A stretch of 64,000 nucleotides of DNA from Thermoproteota archaeon. GTDB lineage: Archaea; Korarchaeota; Korarchaeia; Korarchaeales; Korarchaeaceae. Position numbers and translations under genes: made by a program. Positions 10,790-20,231 of this stretch are shown piece after piece. Where the stretch lies: positions 160,001-224,000 of the forward strand of contig JALSOH010000009.1 of assembly GCA_026986575.1 (NCBI GenBank), written 5' to 3'. The first letter of the stretch is position 1; the number at the start of each line of letters is the position of its first letter. The notes beneath the pieces are model-generated. The model searched no databases. It saw only the letters and a list, made by a program, of their open reading frames with translations, and had not been told where the DNA came from.

Positions 10790-11217
10790 AGGAGTCTCCT
10801 TACCCTCTCAGCTATTCTCTCTGAGACCTTCCTGTAAGGCTCTGGATCACCTTCCTCATCCCACTTAACTCCGGGACACGAGAGGGAGACTAGGATGAAG
10901 TCCTCACCCACTATGAAGGGATACCTCCGGCAGGTGTCGGGACGGTGTTCGTAAGCGACGCAGAGATTTCCCTCTAGAAAGATGCAGGAACCGTCCTCCT
11001 TCATCCTCATCTTGTAAGGCGCGCCAGTAAGCTCCCTCTCCAGATCTGTCGTGGGCTCATAGAAGTCTCGGTAACCTGCCTCTTCCAACCTCCTTACATC
11101 CTCCTCGTAAAGGACTATCACCCTGTTCCTGCAGCAGTCCCCGCACAGCGTGCAGACAAAGCCTGGCATTTTATCCACTTTAACGTAGTCGGAGACCACC
11201 ACTTCCACGGGCATCAC
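10786..11217 (-). CDS. YkgJ family cysteine-cluster protein
   Basis: C..CG.CC, C.FL...C..YE.RP.TCR.YPF. Confidence 0.9.
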   Translation of the reverse strand: MMPVEVVVSDYVKVDKMPGFVCTLCGDCCRNRVIVLYEEDVRRLEEAGYRDFYEPTTDLERELTGAPYKMRMKEDGSCIFLEGNLCVAYEHRPDTCRRYPFIVGEDFILVSLSCPGVKWDEEGDPEPYRKVSERIAERVRRLL

Positions 11218-11824
11218 CCAGCAGGCGGGAGATGACGAAACACCCAGTGCTCCTGAGGGTCTTGCTCACGTTCCCCTTGCTTACCCCATACCTCCTGGCT
11301 ATCACCTCTATCTTATCCCCGAACCATATCCTCCTGAAGCAGTAGGCGACCCTCTTCTCCGGCATCTCCGCGAGCACGGCCATGGAGAGGGCCGCCACGT
11401 ATATATTCCTCTCGTCGTTGAGATCGGCACCCTCCCCCACCTCCAGATTCAGCACTGAAACCCTACTCCTCTTCGAGCTCAGCTTCTCCAAGGCGGATCT
11501 AGCGCTCCAGAAGGCGGGACCGTCGCACTCGTCCGCGAACTCCCTGATGAGGTGCACGCTCCCGGCCCCCAGCCCCACCCTGAACCTGAGATTCGAGGCG
11601 AGGGAGTAGTGGAAGAAGAAGGTGAGTGGACGCCAGTCCTTGGTCAGGAATTCGACGCTATCTCCAGCGGTGAGCGCCGGTCTGGCAGCCAGCTCCCGAC
11701 TCCATCTCCCCTCCACTAGGTTCATACCACTCCTTATAATCTCCCTGATCTCCTCAGCCCTATCGGACAGCTCCCTAGATCTGATGAGGTCGAAAATGGC
11801 AGCTAGCAACCCAACCTCCCCCAT
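11180..11824 (-). CDS. SatD family protein with C-terminal HTH
   Basis: AIFDLIRSR...LTAGDS...R.GLG.G...DGPAFWSARSAL, then IARRYGVSKGNVSKTL; probable start ATG 11824. Confidence 0.8.
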   Translation of the reverse strand: MGEVGLLAAIFDLIRSRELSDRAEEIREIIRSGMNLVEGRWSRELAARPALTAGDSVEFLTKDWRPLTFFFHYSLASNLRFRVGLGAGSVHLIREFADECDGPAFWSARSALEKLSSKRSRVSVLNLEVGEGADLNDERNIYVAALSMAVLAEMPEKRVAYCFRRIWFGDKIEVIARRYGVSKGNVSKTLRSTGCFVISRLLGDARGSGGLRLR

Positions 11825-12273
11825 ATCATGTGGAGGGAGAGCCATGAAAGGGCTATCCCGCTCGTGAGACTGAAGAACGTCCCGATTATGTACCATTCAG
11901 CCTCCATTGTCCTCCTGTCGAATCTGAACAGGGCTTTCGCGGCAACTACAATGGCGAGAGAGCTGAGAGCATCTTTCACGGGCAGCAAGCAGTTGGCACT
12001 CATGAGGAAGAGGAGGAATACGAAGGACCTCTCCATCACGCCTATCACAGCACCACCGTGGAAACCCTCCTCGCCGCCTCCCGATCGGATCCTCCTTCCC
12101 AACTCGGATATAAGGCTGTGAGGGAGCAATAAGACGCTGAGATAGGCGAGTAGATGCGAAGCGATCATTCGGGGTTCCACAATGGGAGCTCCTTGGAACA
12201 GGAGTAAGAGAGCTAGTGAGAGGAGACCAGCGAACAGGATCAAGACTTTCCGTACCTGAGCCTCGAGACCCAT
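11803..12273 (-). CDS. SatD-associated membrane protein (DUF3307-like)
   Basis: GAVIGVMER...AAKALFRF...EWYIIGTFFS motif, typical of satD neighbours. Confidence 0.75.
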   Translation of the reverse strand: MGLEAQVRKVLILFAGLLSLALLLLFQGAPIVEPRMIASHLLAYLSVLLLPHSLISELGRRIRSGGGEEGFHGGAVIGVMERSFVFLLFLMSANCLLPVKDALSSLAIVVAAKALFRFDRRTMEAEWYIIGTFFSLTSGIALSWLSLHMIWGRLGC

Positions 12274-12287
12274 GCCGCGTCATCTAC

Positions 12288-12346
12288 CTGAGTTTACTTA
12301 AAAGGTAAACTGAGGACTGAGTTTACTTAAAAGGTAAACTGAGGAC
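12288..12346. repeat. Exact 29-bp tandem duplication containing an inverted repeat (probable operator/promoter)
   Basis: CTGAGTTTACTTAAAAGGTAAACTGAGGA at 12288-12316 and 12317-12345; each unit has AGTTTAC-N7-GTAAACT. Confidence 0.9.
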
Positions 12347-12409
12347 GAGGTTCACCTCGCAGGTGAAATCGCGGGCAGCCTTATTACAAACACCCGGTAC
12401 TCGTCCCCT

Positions 12410-13357
12410 ATGGAGCTTGAGAAGGAGAGATTGACCGTCGGTCACAGGCCCGATGGCTCCGAGGTGAACCTCCCGGTCGTCAGGGTGCAGGGGTCTTCCA
12501 GAGGACCTAGGCTGCTCATCACACTGAGCGTCCACGGGGACGAGATCACGGGTCACAAATCGGTGTGGTACCTCCTAGATCACCTCAGAAAGGTGACCGA
12601 CCTCAAGGGAGAGCTAACCATCATCTCCTTGGTCAACGTTGAGGGCTTCAACTACTCCATCAGGGGCTTCCCCTACTCCACCTTAGACCTGAACAGGATG
12701 TTTCCTGGAGATGAGAGGGGCTCTCTGTCCGAACGAATCACCGCTAGGATCTGGTCCCTAGCCTCTAAGGCCGACTTCGTCCTCGACGTACACACCGCGG
12801 GCCTATGCGTTCCCTTCGTCCTGATACATCCGGCCGAGCCCCTCATAAGGGACTTCATGGAGGATGTGGCCTACGCCAGCGGCCTGACCCCCCTCTACAA
12901 TTACGATCCCGAGCTCTACGACAGGATAGGGTTGGGGAAGTCACTGAGCGGCACCTCGGTCAAGAACGGCACTCCAGCGCTCACTTTAGAGCTGCCGGGG
13001 TTCGTTGGGATAGACCAGCTGGGTGCCAGGGCGGGCTTCATAGCCCTGAAGAACGTGATGGTCAAGCTGGGGATGCTGGATGGGGATTACGAGGAGGTGG
13101 ACTTCCTTCCGGTGATCAGGAGGAGGGGGATGAAGAGGGTGAAGGTGAGCGCGGAGTCGGCTGGTCTCCTCGACTACACCGTCGAGCTAGGGGAGGAGGT
13201 ATTCGAGGGGCAGCTCTTGGCCAGGGTGAGGGATCCATTCGGGGATGCGCTGGAAGAGGTCAGGGCCCCTAGAGACGGCTTCGTAGTTCAGATAAATGGA
13301 TTTTACAGGACCTTCACCGGTGGCAAGGTGGCGACCTTGGCGGTGGAGGCCGGCTGA
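12410..13357 (+). CDS. Succinylglutamate desuccinylase/aspartoacylase family (M14-like) hydrolase
   Basis: HGDE, DLNRMFPG, LDVH, LELP, and a C-terminal barrel-sandwich domain. Confidence 0.9.
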   Translation: MELEKERLTVGHRPDGSEVNLPVVRVQGSSRGPRLLITLSVHGDEITGHKSVWYLLDHLRKVTDLKGELTIISLVNVEGFNYSIRGFPYSTLDLNRMFPGDERGSLSERITARIWSLASKADFVLDVHTAGLCVPFVLIHPAEPLIRDFMEDVAYASGLTPLYNYDPELYDRIGLGKSLSGTSVKNGTPALTLELPGFVGIDQLGARAGFIALKNVMVKLGMLDGDYEEVDFLPVIRRRGMKRVKVSAESAGLLDYTVELGEEVFEGQLLARVRDPFGDALEEVRAPRDGFVVQINGFYRTFTGGKVATLAVEAG

Positions 13358-13430
13358 GTCATAGGATGGGAATAGGTGCGCATTACATTTCGGGGCATGC
13401 CTATTTTTCCCCTCACCTCCCCAAGGGAGG

Positions 13431-16079
13431 ATGCGCAGGGCCTGGCCTCTACTACTGATACTCCTGCTTTCCACCGTGGCATCAGCGGCGATGCCCACTG
13501 ACGAATGGCAGGCACGCACTAACCTCTTCTCAGGCACTGGCGCCCTCAGAGATGGAGGAGCCGTCCTGTTCCTCCGGCAGGGGCTCATAAACGAGCCGGA
13601 GGGGCGTCTCGAGGTGGTGAAGTTCGCTGGCAAGAACGTGGTGCTCACCTCCTCCAAGGGAATCATCTACTACTTGGACACCTTCAAGGCCGTTAAGATG
13701 GTCAACGCTTGCGCCGGGAGGGTGGTCAAGATGGCCCACGCCTCCACACCCCGTGGGGGTGTGACCTACGCCCTCTGCTGGAAGCCCAACGACAACATCG
13801 TCTCGGCAGTGACGATATTCGACGGCGCAACCGGAGTGAAGTGGTTCTCGCTCATAAGGCCATCCAGATACAGCGAGGAGACGGGGTTCAAGTGGGCCGA
13901 CTACAGGACCGATTTCCCGTGTAGCGTGGAACCAGCTTCCCCTCTGGTCGCGGACATGGACGGGGACGGCTACGACGAGGCGGTGTGGTTCCTCGACGGC
14001 AGCCTCTTCTACGTCGACTCCCCCCTTTCGAACCCCAACAGGACCCTCATAAGCCAGACTCCCAGGGGCTTCGCCTACGGTGATGTGACAGGCGATGGGA
14101 GGAAAGAGGTGGTCATCGCAACTCCTACCGAGATAATGACCTGGCAACCCGGCGGAAGGCCAGCGGTTTACTCCAAGTACGGGTGCACCTCCGATCCCGT
14201 GTTGGCTGACCTCGACGGGGACGGTGTCAGGGAAGTGGCCTGTCTGTATGGGAGCTCCCTCGTGGCCGTCGACGGGGACAGGCTGCTTCTCAGGGCCAAC
14301 AACATCGCCACCCTGCCGGCTGCCGGGGATATAGATGGCGACGGACTTTCAGATTTGGTGTATGTTACCAGTGACGGCACGCTGACCGCGAGATCCATAA
14401 AGGGCGTGCTCTGGACCTTCAAGGTGCAGAGGCCCTTCTTCACTCCAGCCATAGGAGATGTGGACGGGGATTACTCGCCGGAGGTGGTGATAGGGGCGGG
14501 CCAGTACCTGCGCGTCCTGTCGTCCAAGGGAGAGGAGGAGTGGAGGGAGAACCTCAGGGAACCCGATGCTTGGGCGTCCGGTGGGGAGATAACCCTCACC
14601 ACGTACGTGAGGTACGAGGCAAAGACCTCCCCGATCCTCTACGATTTCGATGGTGATGGGTTCCTGGAGATCCTGCTGGGCATAGGGGCGTACTTGGAAC
14701 AGGGGAGGATAGTCGTGGTGGACGACACGAGGGGCATGGGTAATCCACCCGTCGTGGAGATCCTGAACCCAGCCAACTACAGCAGGGTGGGCAGTGAGGT
14801 GGACCTCACCTTCACTGTCAGCGATGACCTCTCCCCGGTGCTCCCCACTAAGGTCTATAGACTGGTGGGAGGTGAGTGGATAGAGGAGTGGACCGGTGAG
14901 GTGAGGTCCGGGGAGAGCGTCCAGCTGACGGTGCCCTCAGCTGACGAGCTTAAGGTGGAGGCGACCGACGGCTCCCTCAGGAGCAGTGAGATCCTCAAGC
15001 TGAAGGTCGATGTTCAGGCGCCTCAACTGGTGATAGAGCCTAGGAACATGTCTAAGATAGGGCCCGGCACCAACATCACCGTGAGGATGGTAGCCCCGAT
15101 CAACGAGTACGCCTACCTGACTGTCTACCACGGCACGAGTCCGGGAGGACAGTGGGTGAAGATGATCGACAGGAGGAGGATCTGGAAGACCACCAAGCTG
15201 GAGATAGATGTGACGCCCATAGTGGAGAAGGTTGAGGGTTACCACTGCTTCAAGTTCGTTCTGGAGGACGCGCTGGGAAACCTGCAGGAGGTGGTGATGA
15301 GGTACAGGATAGAGAAGGGAGGGGAGGAGAGGAGGGTAGCGAGGGTCGGGGAGGTGGAGCTTTCGATCTCGGCCCCTGAGGTCCCCGTATCCCACAGCGT
15401 CAACATCAGCTGGACCTTGGTGGGTGCGGAGAAGGCCTCCCTCTACTACGGGAAGGGCTTTGACTGGACCCTCTTGAGGGAGGTGGAGGGGAACGGCACC
15501 CTAGAGTGGGACGTCTCATCGATGGAGGACGGGACCTACTACCTCAAGCTCGAATCAGGAAATGTGTCGGTCACCACCCAAGTGAAAGTGGACAACACGC
15601 CCCCCAACGTCGAGATAACGGCTGACAGAACGTCCCTGACGGTGAATGAGACTGCGGTGCTCACTGTGAGGACCGATGCCGTCAAGCTGTACTGGGATCT
15701 GGACGGCGACGGGAGGTTCGAGACCCTCGGGCCCAAAGTCGCGAGGGTTGTTGCGAGGGAGCCGGGGGAAATGACCATTAACGTGATGGGGGTTGACGAG
15801 GCCAATAACTCTAGGATCGCGAGCATCACGCTGAAGGTGAAGGCCGAGCAGGAGGGTGTAGCGGAAGAAACGACTGCAACTCCAATTCAGGAGGTCAGCA
15901 GGACGGAGAGCTGGACGGAGAGGTTGATGGGCCTGTTCGGAAATGTCCACTTGGGGCCGGAACTGCTGATACCGCCCCTCATCCTCCTGCTCTTTGTATC
16001 GGTCCTGAGGGCGAGGGCAAAAGCTAAGAAGAAGAGGAAGAGGGTCAGGAGGGTGGTCAATCCTTGGAGATCGCTGTGA
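13431..16079 (+). CDS. FG-GAP/VCBS repeat surface protein with C-terminal TM anchor
   Basis: Signal peptide, many D.DGDG..E repeats, Ig-like segments (VDNTPP), TM followed by a basic tail. Confidence 0.88.
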   Translation: MRRAWPLLLILLLSTVASAAMPTDEWQARTNLFSGTGALRDGGAVLFLRQGLINEPEGRLEVVKFAGKNVVLTSSKGIIYYLDTFKAVKMVNACAGRVVKMAHASTPRGGVTYALCWKPNDNIVSAVTIFDGATGVKWFSLIRPSRYSEETGFKWADYRTDFPCSVEPASPLVADMDGDGYDEAVWFLDGSLFYVDSPLSNPNRTLISQTPRGFAYGDVTGDGRKEVVIATPTEIMTWQPGGRPAVYSKYGCTSDPVLADLDGDGVREVACLYGSSLVAVDGDRLLLRANNIATLPAAGDIDGDGLSDLVYVTSDGTLTARSIKGVLWTFKVQRPFFTPAIGDVDGDYSPEVVIGAGQYLRVLSSKGEEEWRENLREPDAWASGGEITLTTYVRYEAKTSPILYDFDGDGFLEILLGIGAYLEQGRIVVVDDTRGMGNPPVVEILNPANYSRVGSEVDLTFTVSDDLSPVLPTKVYRLVGGEWIEEWTGEVRSGESVQLTVPSADELKVEATDGSLRSSEILKLKVDVQAPQLVIEPRNMSKIGPGTNITVRMVAPINEYAYLTVYHGTSPGGQWVKMIDRRRIWKTTKLEIDVTPIVEKVEGYHCFKFVLEDALGNLQEVVMRYRIEKGGEERRVARVGEVELSISAPEVPVSHSVNISWTLVGAEKASLYYGKGFDWTLLREVEGNGTLEWDVSSMEDGTYYLKLESGNVSVTTQVKVDNTPPNVEITADRTSLTVNETAVLTVRTDAVKLYWDLDGDGRFETLGPKVARVVAREPGEMTINVMGVDEANNSRIASITLKVKAEQEGVAEETTATPIQEVSRTESWTERLMGLFGNVHLGPELLIPPLILLLFVSVLRARAKAKKKRKRVRRVVNPWRSL

Positions 16080-16729
16080 GGGACGAGGCCGCTGCCCTGG
16101 GCATCTTCATAGCCTACGCCTCGGTGGAGGGGGTGAAGGTGGGCCCCACCACCGACGACTCATTCATGAGGGAGGCGGCCGAGGAGCTGAGGTCCAAGTA
16201 CACGCTCCAGAGCCTCAAGGAGGATCCCATCGTGAGGGCCTACAGGGATTTCTACTGGAGGATAGGGATTGATCCGACCAAAACCCGGCCTAGCAGCGAA
16301 GCTATGGTGAGGAGGGTCCTCAAGGGGGGCAACTTCCCCAAGATAGATAACGTGGTGGACGCCGGAAACGTAGCGAGCGCCCTCACCCTAGTGCCCATAG
16401 GCCTGTACGACTTGGATAAGGTCAGTGGGAAGCTGGAGGTGAGGCTGGCGAGGGAGGGCGAGATATTCCGCCCCATAGGGGGAGGTGAGGAAGTATTGAG
16501 GGGCGGAGAACCCATCCTCGCTGACGAAGAGGAAGTGCTGTTCCTCTATCCCCACAGGGACAGCAGGAAGACCATGATCACCGGGTCCACCACTAGGGTG
16601 CTCGTGGTCGGGGCCGGCGTCCCCGGTGTGGAGGTTCCCCGGGTGAGGAAAGCGGTGAACCTGTCCTTGGACCTGATAATCGGAAGTGCAGGTGGAAGGA
16701 GGGCTAGCGAGACGAAGCTAGCTCCCTGA
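16064..16729 (+). CDS. B3/4 domain protein (PheRS beta-subunit-related)
   Basis: RAYRDFYWRIGIDPTKTRPSSEA..RR, VD..N..S, PIGLYDLD. Confidence 0.9.
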   Translation: MEIAVRDEAAALGIFIAYASVEGVKVGPTTDDSFMREAAEELRSKYTLQSLKEDPIVRAYRDFYWRIGIDPTKTRPSSEAMVRRVLKGGNFPKIDNVVDAGNVASALTLVPIGLYDLDKVSGKLEVRLAREGEIFRPIGGGEEVLRGGEPILADEEEVLFLYPHRDSRKTMITGSTTRVLVVGAGVPGVEVPRVRKAVNLSLDLIIGSAGGRRASETKLAP

Positions 16730-16973
16730 TAGTCTCGATGATCTCGTCGACCTCCACTCCTATAAGTTCAACGTTCTTCAAGATCTTCTTCACCACTCCC
16801 TCCACTTCCCCGGCCTTCTTTCCCACTAGGGCCCTTTCCAGCTCGTCTATGGCTCGTGAGGGGAAGGCCATGAAGTCGCCCGATATGGTCAGGCGAGAGA
16901 TCTTACCCCCTTCCACCTCCAGAACTACCTCTAGGGTCTTCCCTGTTCTGGATCTCACGACCTTCCTCATCAT
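16704..16973 (-). CDS. lplB: Lipoate-protein ligase C-terminal/accessory subunit
   Basis: GK.LEV...V..G.I....ISGDF.AFP...I..LE..L.G; translationally coupled to lplA. Confidence 0.8.
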   Translation of the reverse strand: MMRKVVRSRTGKTLEVVLEVEGGKISRLTISGDFMAFPSRAIDELERALVGKKAGEVEGVVKKILKNVELIGVEVDEIIETIRELASSR

Positions 16974-17701
16974 CTCCTGAAGTTCCACCTCCTGCTCCTG
17001 TATTTCTCCTCCAATTCCTCCACGTGCTTCCATTCCTCCTCCGTGAGGTCTCCCTCCCCCATCTCCCCTAGGAAGGAAAAGGAGTCGAGGGCCGCCTCCA
17101 AAACCTCCTCATATCCTATTTCCCTGCCCAGCTCCCTACCTATGGTGGTGACCCTCTCTAAAACGCTCCTCACTCCCTTATCCGACAGCTTCTCTCTGGG
17201 CGGGGAGATGAGCCTAGCTAGGGTCACCAGGTCCGTGGCATACATTATGGTGCCGTGTTGTAGCAGAACCCCGCCTTCCCTCGTCTGAGCACTGCCCGAT
17301 ACCTTCCTCCCCCCAATCAGGACGTCGTTGACGCCTGCGAACTGAGGTTCGAGTCCGAACCTCCTCACCACACCCATAACTCCCTCGCACAGGTACCTGA
17401 AGCTCTCCCTCACATCCTTGGGGAACAGATCTAGTGGGCCAGCGACCGAGTATGTTAGTTCACCTCTCTCATCATGGTAGACTGCTCCCCCGCCAGTGAT
17501 CCTCCTCACCACGGGCACACCTAGCCTCTCAGCCTCCTTCAAGTTTACCGAGCTCTCCACCCTCTGGAAGTAGCCTATCGTCACGGCGCTCGGTCTGAAC
17601 CTATAGAACCGTACGGTCGGAACGCGAGACCTAAGCAGGGCCTCGTCGACGGCCATATTGAAGGCCGCATCCCCCTCAAGTCGGAGAAGCCTCCACCTCA
17701 C
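16970..17701 (-). CDS. lplA: Lipoate-protein ligase A catalytic subunit
   Basis: NMAVDEAL, TIGYFQ, RRITGGGAVYHD, NDV..GGRKVSGSAQ, QHGT; probable GTG start at 17701. Confidence 0.92.
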   Translation of the reverse strand: MRWRLLRLEGDAAFNMAVDEALLRSRVPTVRFYRFRPSAVTIGYFQRVESSVNLKEAERLGVPVVRRITGGGAVYHDERGELTYSVAGPLDLFPKDVRESFRYLCEGVMGVVRRFGLEPQFAGVNDVLIGGRKVSGSAQTREGGVLLQHGTIMYATDLVTLARLISPPREKLSDKGVRSVLERVTTIGRELGREIGYEEVLEAALDSFSFLGEMGEGDLTEEEWKHVEELEEKYRSRRWNFRR

Positions 17702-18438
17702 TCCCTGACACCCCTCATTAGGTGCCATCCCATGTACTTTATCCTCTTGATCTCTCCCTCCAAAAAACGCTGGAAGATCTCCGCTTGGCTCAGGCCCTCT
17801 AGAGCTCCAACGTCGCCCTCCGTTATGAGCTCCTCGTAGGTCGGCGATGAAGCGAGCAGACCCAGAAGAAGGATGAGTCCCTCTCCCGGCTCCAACACGA
17901 AGAGTCGACCCCAGGTCCGCCCCCACAGTCCCGATATGCCACCTTTCAGGCCAGCGAGCTCCAGCCATCTCTCAGTAATTAGGTAGCCCTCGTCCGGGAA
18001 CTCGCCCATTCCAGGGTACAGTATGCCCGATCTGAGCACATTCTCCGCCACTATGAGGTAGCCATCCCTCACCCTCTCGAGGGGTGTGATCACATCTCCC
18101 AGATTCAGTAAGGATCTGAGCTCCGAGTTCAACCTTTCCACTAGCTCCAAGCTGGAGGGGCTGTAGGAAGAGTAAGCGTCGCTGCTCATGGTGGCCGTTA
18201 CCAGCACCCTGCCTATTGAGACCAGCTTGGCCATACCTCCCCTAGTCGGCGCCAGCAGGGCCACTATCGACCCCCTAGGGACCTCGAAGACCCCCGCCCT
18301 CTTCAACCTCCTGTCGCTGGCCGTGAGCTCCTCCTCTGTTAGGCCTATCAGGGTTAGGGATCCCAGCACGAGGGGATCCATCCTCTTCCTTCCATCCTCC
18401 TCGAGGGCATCTGGAGGTAAGGAGCTGAGAATTACCAT
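17698..18438 (-). CDS. Hypothetical protein, first gene of the lplA-lplB operon
   Basis: 246-aa ORF whose stop overlaps the lplA start; no recognised motif. Confidence 0.7.
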   Translation of the reverse strand: MVILSSLPPDALEEDGRKRMDPLVLGSLTLIGLTEEELTASDRRLKRAGVFEVPRGSIVALLAPTRGGMAKLVSIGRVLVTATMSSDAYSSYSPSSLELVERLNSELRSLLNLGDVITPLERVRDGYLIVAENVLRSGILYPGMGEFPDEGYLITERWLELAGLKGGISGLWGRTWGRLFVLEPGEGLILLLGLLASSPTYEELITEGDVGALEGLSQAEIFQRFLEGEIKRIKYMGWHLMRGVRE

Positions 18439-18567
18439 GGCTTCATCGGGGCTAATCCTTCCACCTCTCGACTAGTTACAGTAGACCAATATACCCTTTG
18501 CTCCCTCCAATCAGGTTATAATCACAAGAGTTATATTTCAGCATCTCTAATCTAACGTAGTTGTGAG

Positions 18568-19011
18568 GTGACCTATTTGGTTGTCGCTGGCAAGGCAAGT
18601 GATAAGTTGAAGAACCTCCTGAATCAGGCGATTGCTAGGGAGATACAGGTATCGATCCAGTACATGTGGCAGCATGTCCAGACCACGGGCCCCCTCCATC
18701 ACCTGCTGGCCGACGAGCTGAAAAAGGTGGCTATCGAGGAGATGAAGCATGCCGAGCAAATTGCTGAGAGGCTCTGGTACCTCGGAGGCACCCCCACCAC
18801 GGCTCCCAATCCCATCTTCGTGGGTGAGAACCTGAAGGAGATGATGGAGAGGGATGTGAAGGATGAGGAGGAGGCCATAGAGCTTTACAAGGAGATAATA
18901 AGGGTGGCTAATGAGGAGGGCGATATAACGACTGCAAGGCTTTTTAGGAAGATATTGGAGGATGAAGAGGAGCATCACGATTTCTTCACCACCGTGCTGG
19001 AGGGTCTGTGA
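18568..19011 (+). CDS. Ferritin-like (bacterioferritin-type) di-iron protein
   Basis: E......QY, EEMKHAE.IAER..YLGG.P, E..AI..Y, DEEEH. Confidence 0.9.
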   Translation: MTYLVVAGKASDKLKNLLNQAIAREIQVSIQYMWQHVQTTGPLHHLLADELKKVAIEEMKHAEQIAERLWYLGGTPTTAPNPIFVGENLKEMMERDVKDEEEAIELYKEIIRVANEEGDITTARLFRKILEDEEEHHDFFTTVLEGL

Positions 19012-19014
19012 GCG

Positions 19015-19413
19015 GTGGATGAGGAGGTGATGTGTATGGTCGAGAGGTTCGGTGATATGATACAGACCGCCTCCCATGAGGAGGAGGCCACTAGAGAGAA
19101 GCACACCCCCTTCATAGAGGCCCCTGATACCGTGAAGGCTGGAGAGGAATTCGAGGTCACTGTGATAGTGGGCAAGGAGGTGCCCCATCCCAACAAGTGG
19201 GAGCACCACATAAAGTGGGTCCAAGTCTTCGTGGAGGAGGAGGGCAGACCTTACAACCCCGTTCACGTGGCGACCTTCGATATGGGTCCAACTTACGGGG
19301 AACCCAAAGTGAAGTTCAGGATGAAGCTTCAGAAGAACTCCAAGCTCTGGGTGATAAGCTACTGTAACCTCCACGGCCTCTGGGAGGCCTCAAAGGAGAT
19401 CAAGGTCCAGTGA
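19015..19413 (+). CDS. Superoxide reductase (neelaredoxin-like)
   Basis: EKH.P, HPN..EHHI.W, YCNLHGLW iron-ligand motifs. Confidence 0.9.
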   Translation: MDEEVMCMVERFGDMIQTASHEEEATREKHTPFIEAPDTVKAGEEFEVTVIVGKEVPHPNKWEHHIKWVQVFVEEEGRPYNPVHVATFDMGPTYGEPKVKFRMKLQKNSKLWVISYCNLHGLWEASKEIKVQ

Positions 19414-19464
19414 TTCACGAATCCCTCCATCATCTTTTTATTGGATTTACCGCCTCAATAAGGT

Positions 19465-19929
19465 GTGTCCATCATGCTAACCTCTGAGTTAGATGTGCGA
19501 ATTGACTCTAAGGACAGGCAGATCTTGGAGTATCTGCTAGCTAACGGTAGGATGTCCCTGAAGGAGATAGGGAAAAAGCTGGGGATAAGCGACGTCGCGG
19601 TTAGGAAGAGGATCAAGAAGTTGGAGAAGGCTGGGATAATCAGGGGGTACACAGTCAAGGTCAGTCCCTCTGCATTAGGGTATACAGTGGTCTCCCTAAC
19701 TGGCGTGGATGTGGAGCCGGGTGATCTGATAAGGGTAGCTAGGGAACTGACCAGTAGGGAGTACGTCAAGTCAGCCTGGATCACCGCTGGTGATCACTCC
19801 ATCATGCTGGAGATCTGGGCCAGGGACAGCAAGGAGATGGATGAGATATTGGCTGAGATCTCGGAGATGAAAGGGGTTACAAGGGTCTGCCCAGCTGTTA
19901 TAACCCAGAGACTGAAGGCCCGGTGCTGA
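19465..19929 (+). CDS. Lrp/AsnC family transcriptional regulator
   Basis: D..D..IL..L..NGR, AVRKRIKKLE..GII.GY. Confidence 0.92.
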   Translation: MSIMLTSELDVRIDSKDRQILEYLLANGRMSLKEIGKKLGISDVAVRKRIKKLEKAGIIRGYTVKVSPSALGYTVVSLTGVDVEPGDLIRVARELTSREYVKSAWITAGDHSIMLEIWARDSKEMDEILAEISEMKGVTRVCPAVITQRLKARC

Positions 19930-19944
19930 TTCCAGTCGGACAGG

Positions 19945-20214
19945 TCAGAGTACCTTCCCTCCCCTTTTGTGCGTATAGAGCACGACCACCGAGTGGGTTG
20001 CCTCGACCCCCTCTACCTTCAATAACTTGTCTTTCAGGAACTTCCTGAACTCCACGGTGTTCTCAGCCTCTACTACCGCTACTACATCGAATTCGCCGGT
20101 CACTTCGTATAGATCAACGACCTCCGGGTACTTCTTCAGGGCCTCAGTGACTTTGTCTAAGAGCTTGCTCTCCACCCTTATGCTCACAATCACCAGAGTC
20201 AACCCATACCCCAC
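19945..20214 (-). CDS. Stand-alone Lrp/AsnC ligand-binding (RAM) domain protein
   Basis: V.DLYEVTGEFDVVAVV...GV..T.S; no HTH. Confidence 0.85.
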   Translation of the reverse strand: MGYGLTLVIVSIRVESKLLDKVTEALKKYPEVVDLYEVTGEFDVVAVVEAENTVEFRKFLKDKLLKVEGVEATHSVVVLYTHKRGGKVL

Positions 20215-20231
20215 CCCCTCATCGTCCCATC

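Noticed and set aside
12288-12346. Possible mini-CRISPR (29-bp palindromic repeat)
   Set aside because: The two units are directly adjacent with no spacer, and no cas genes are present
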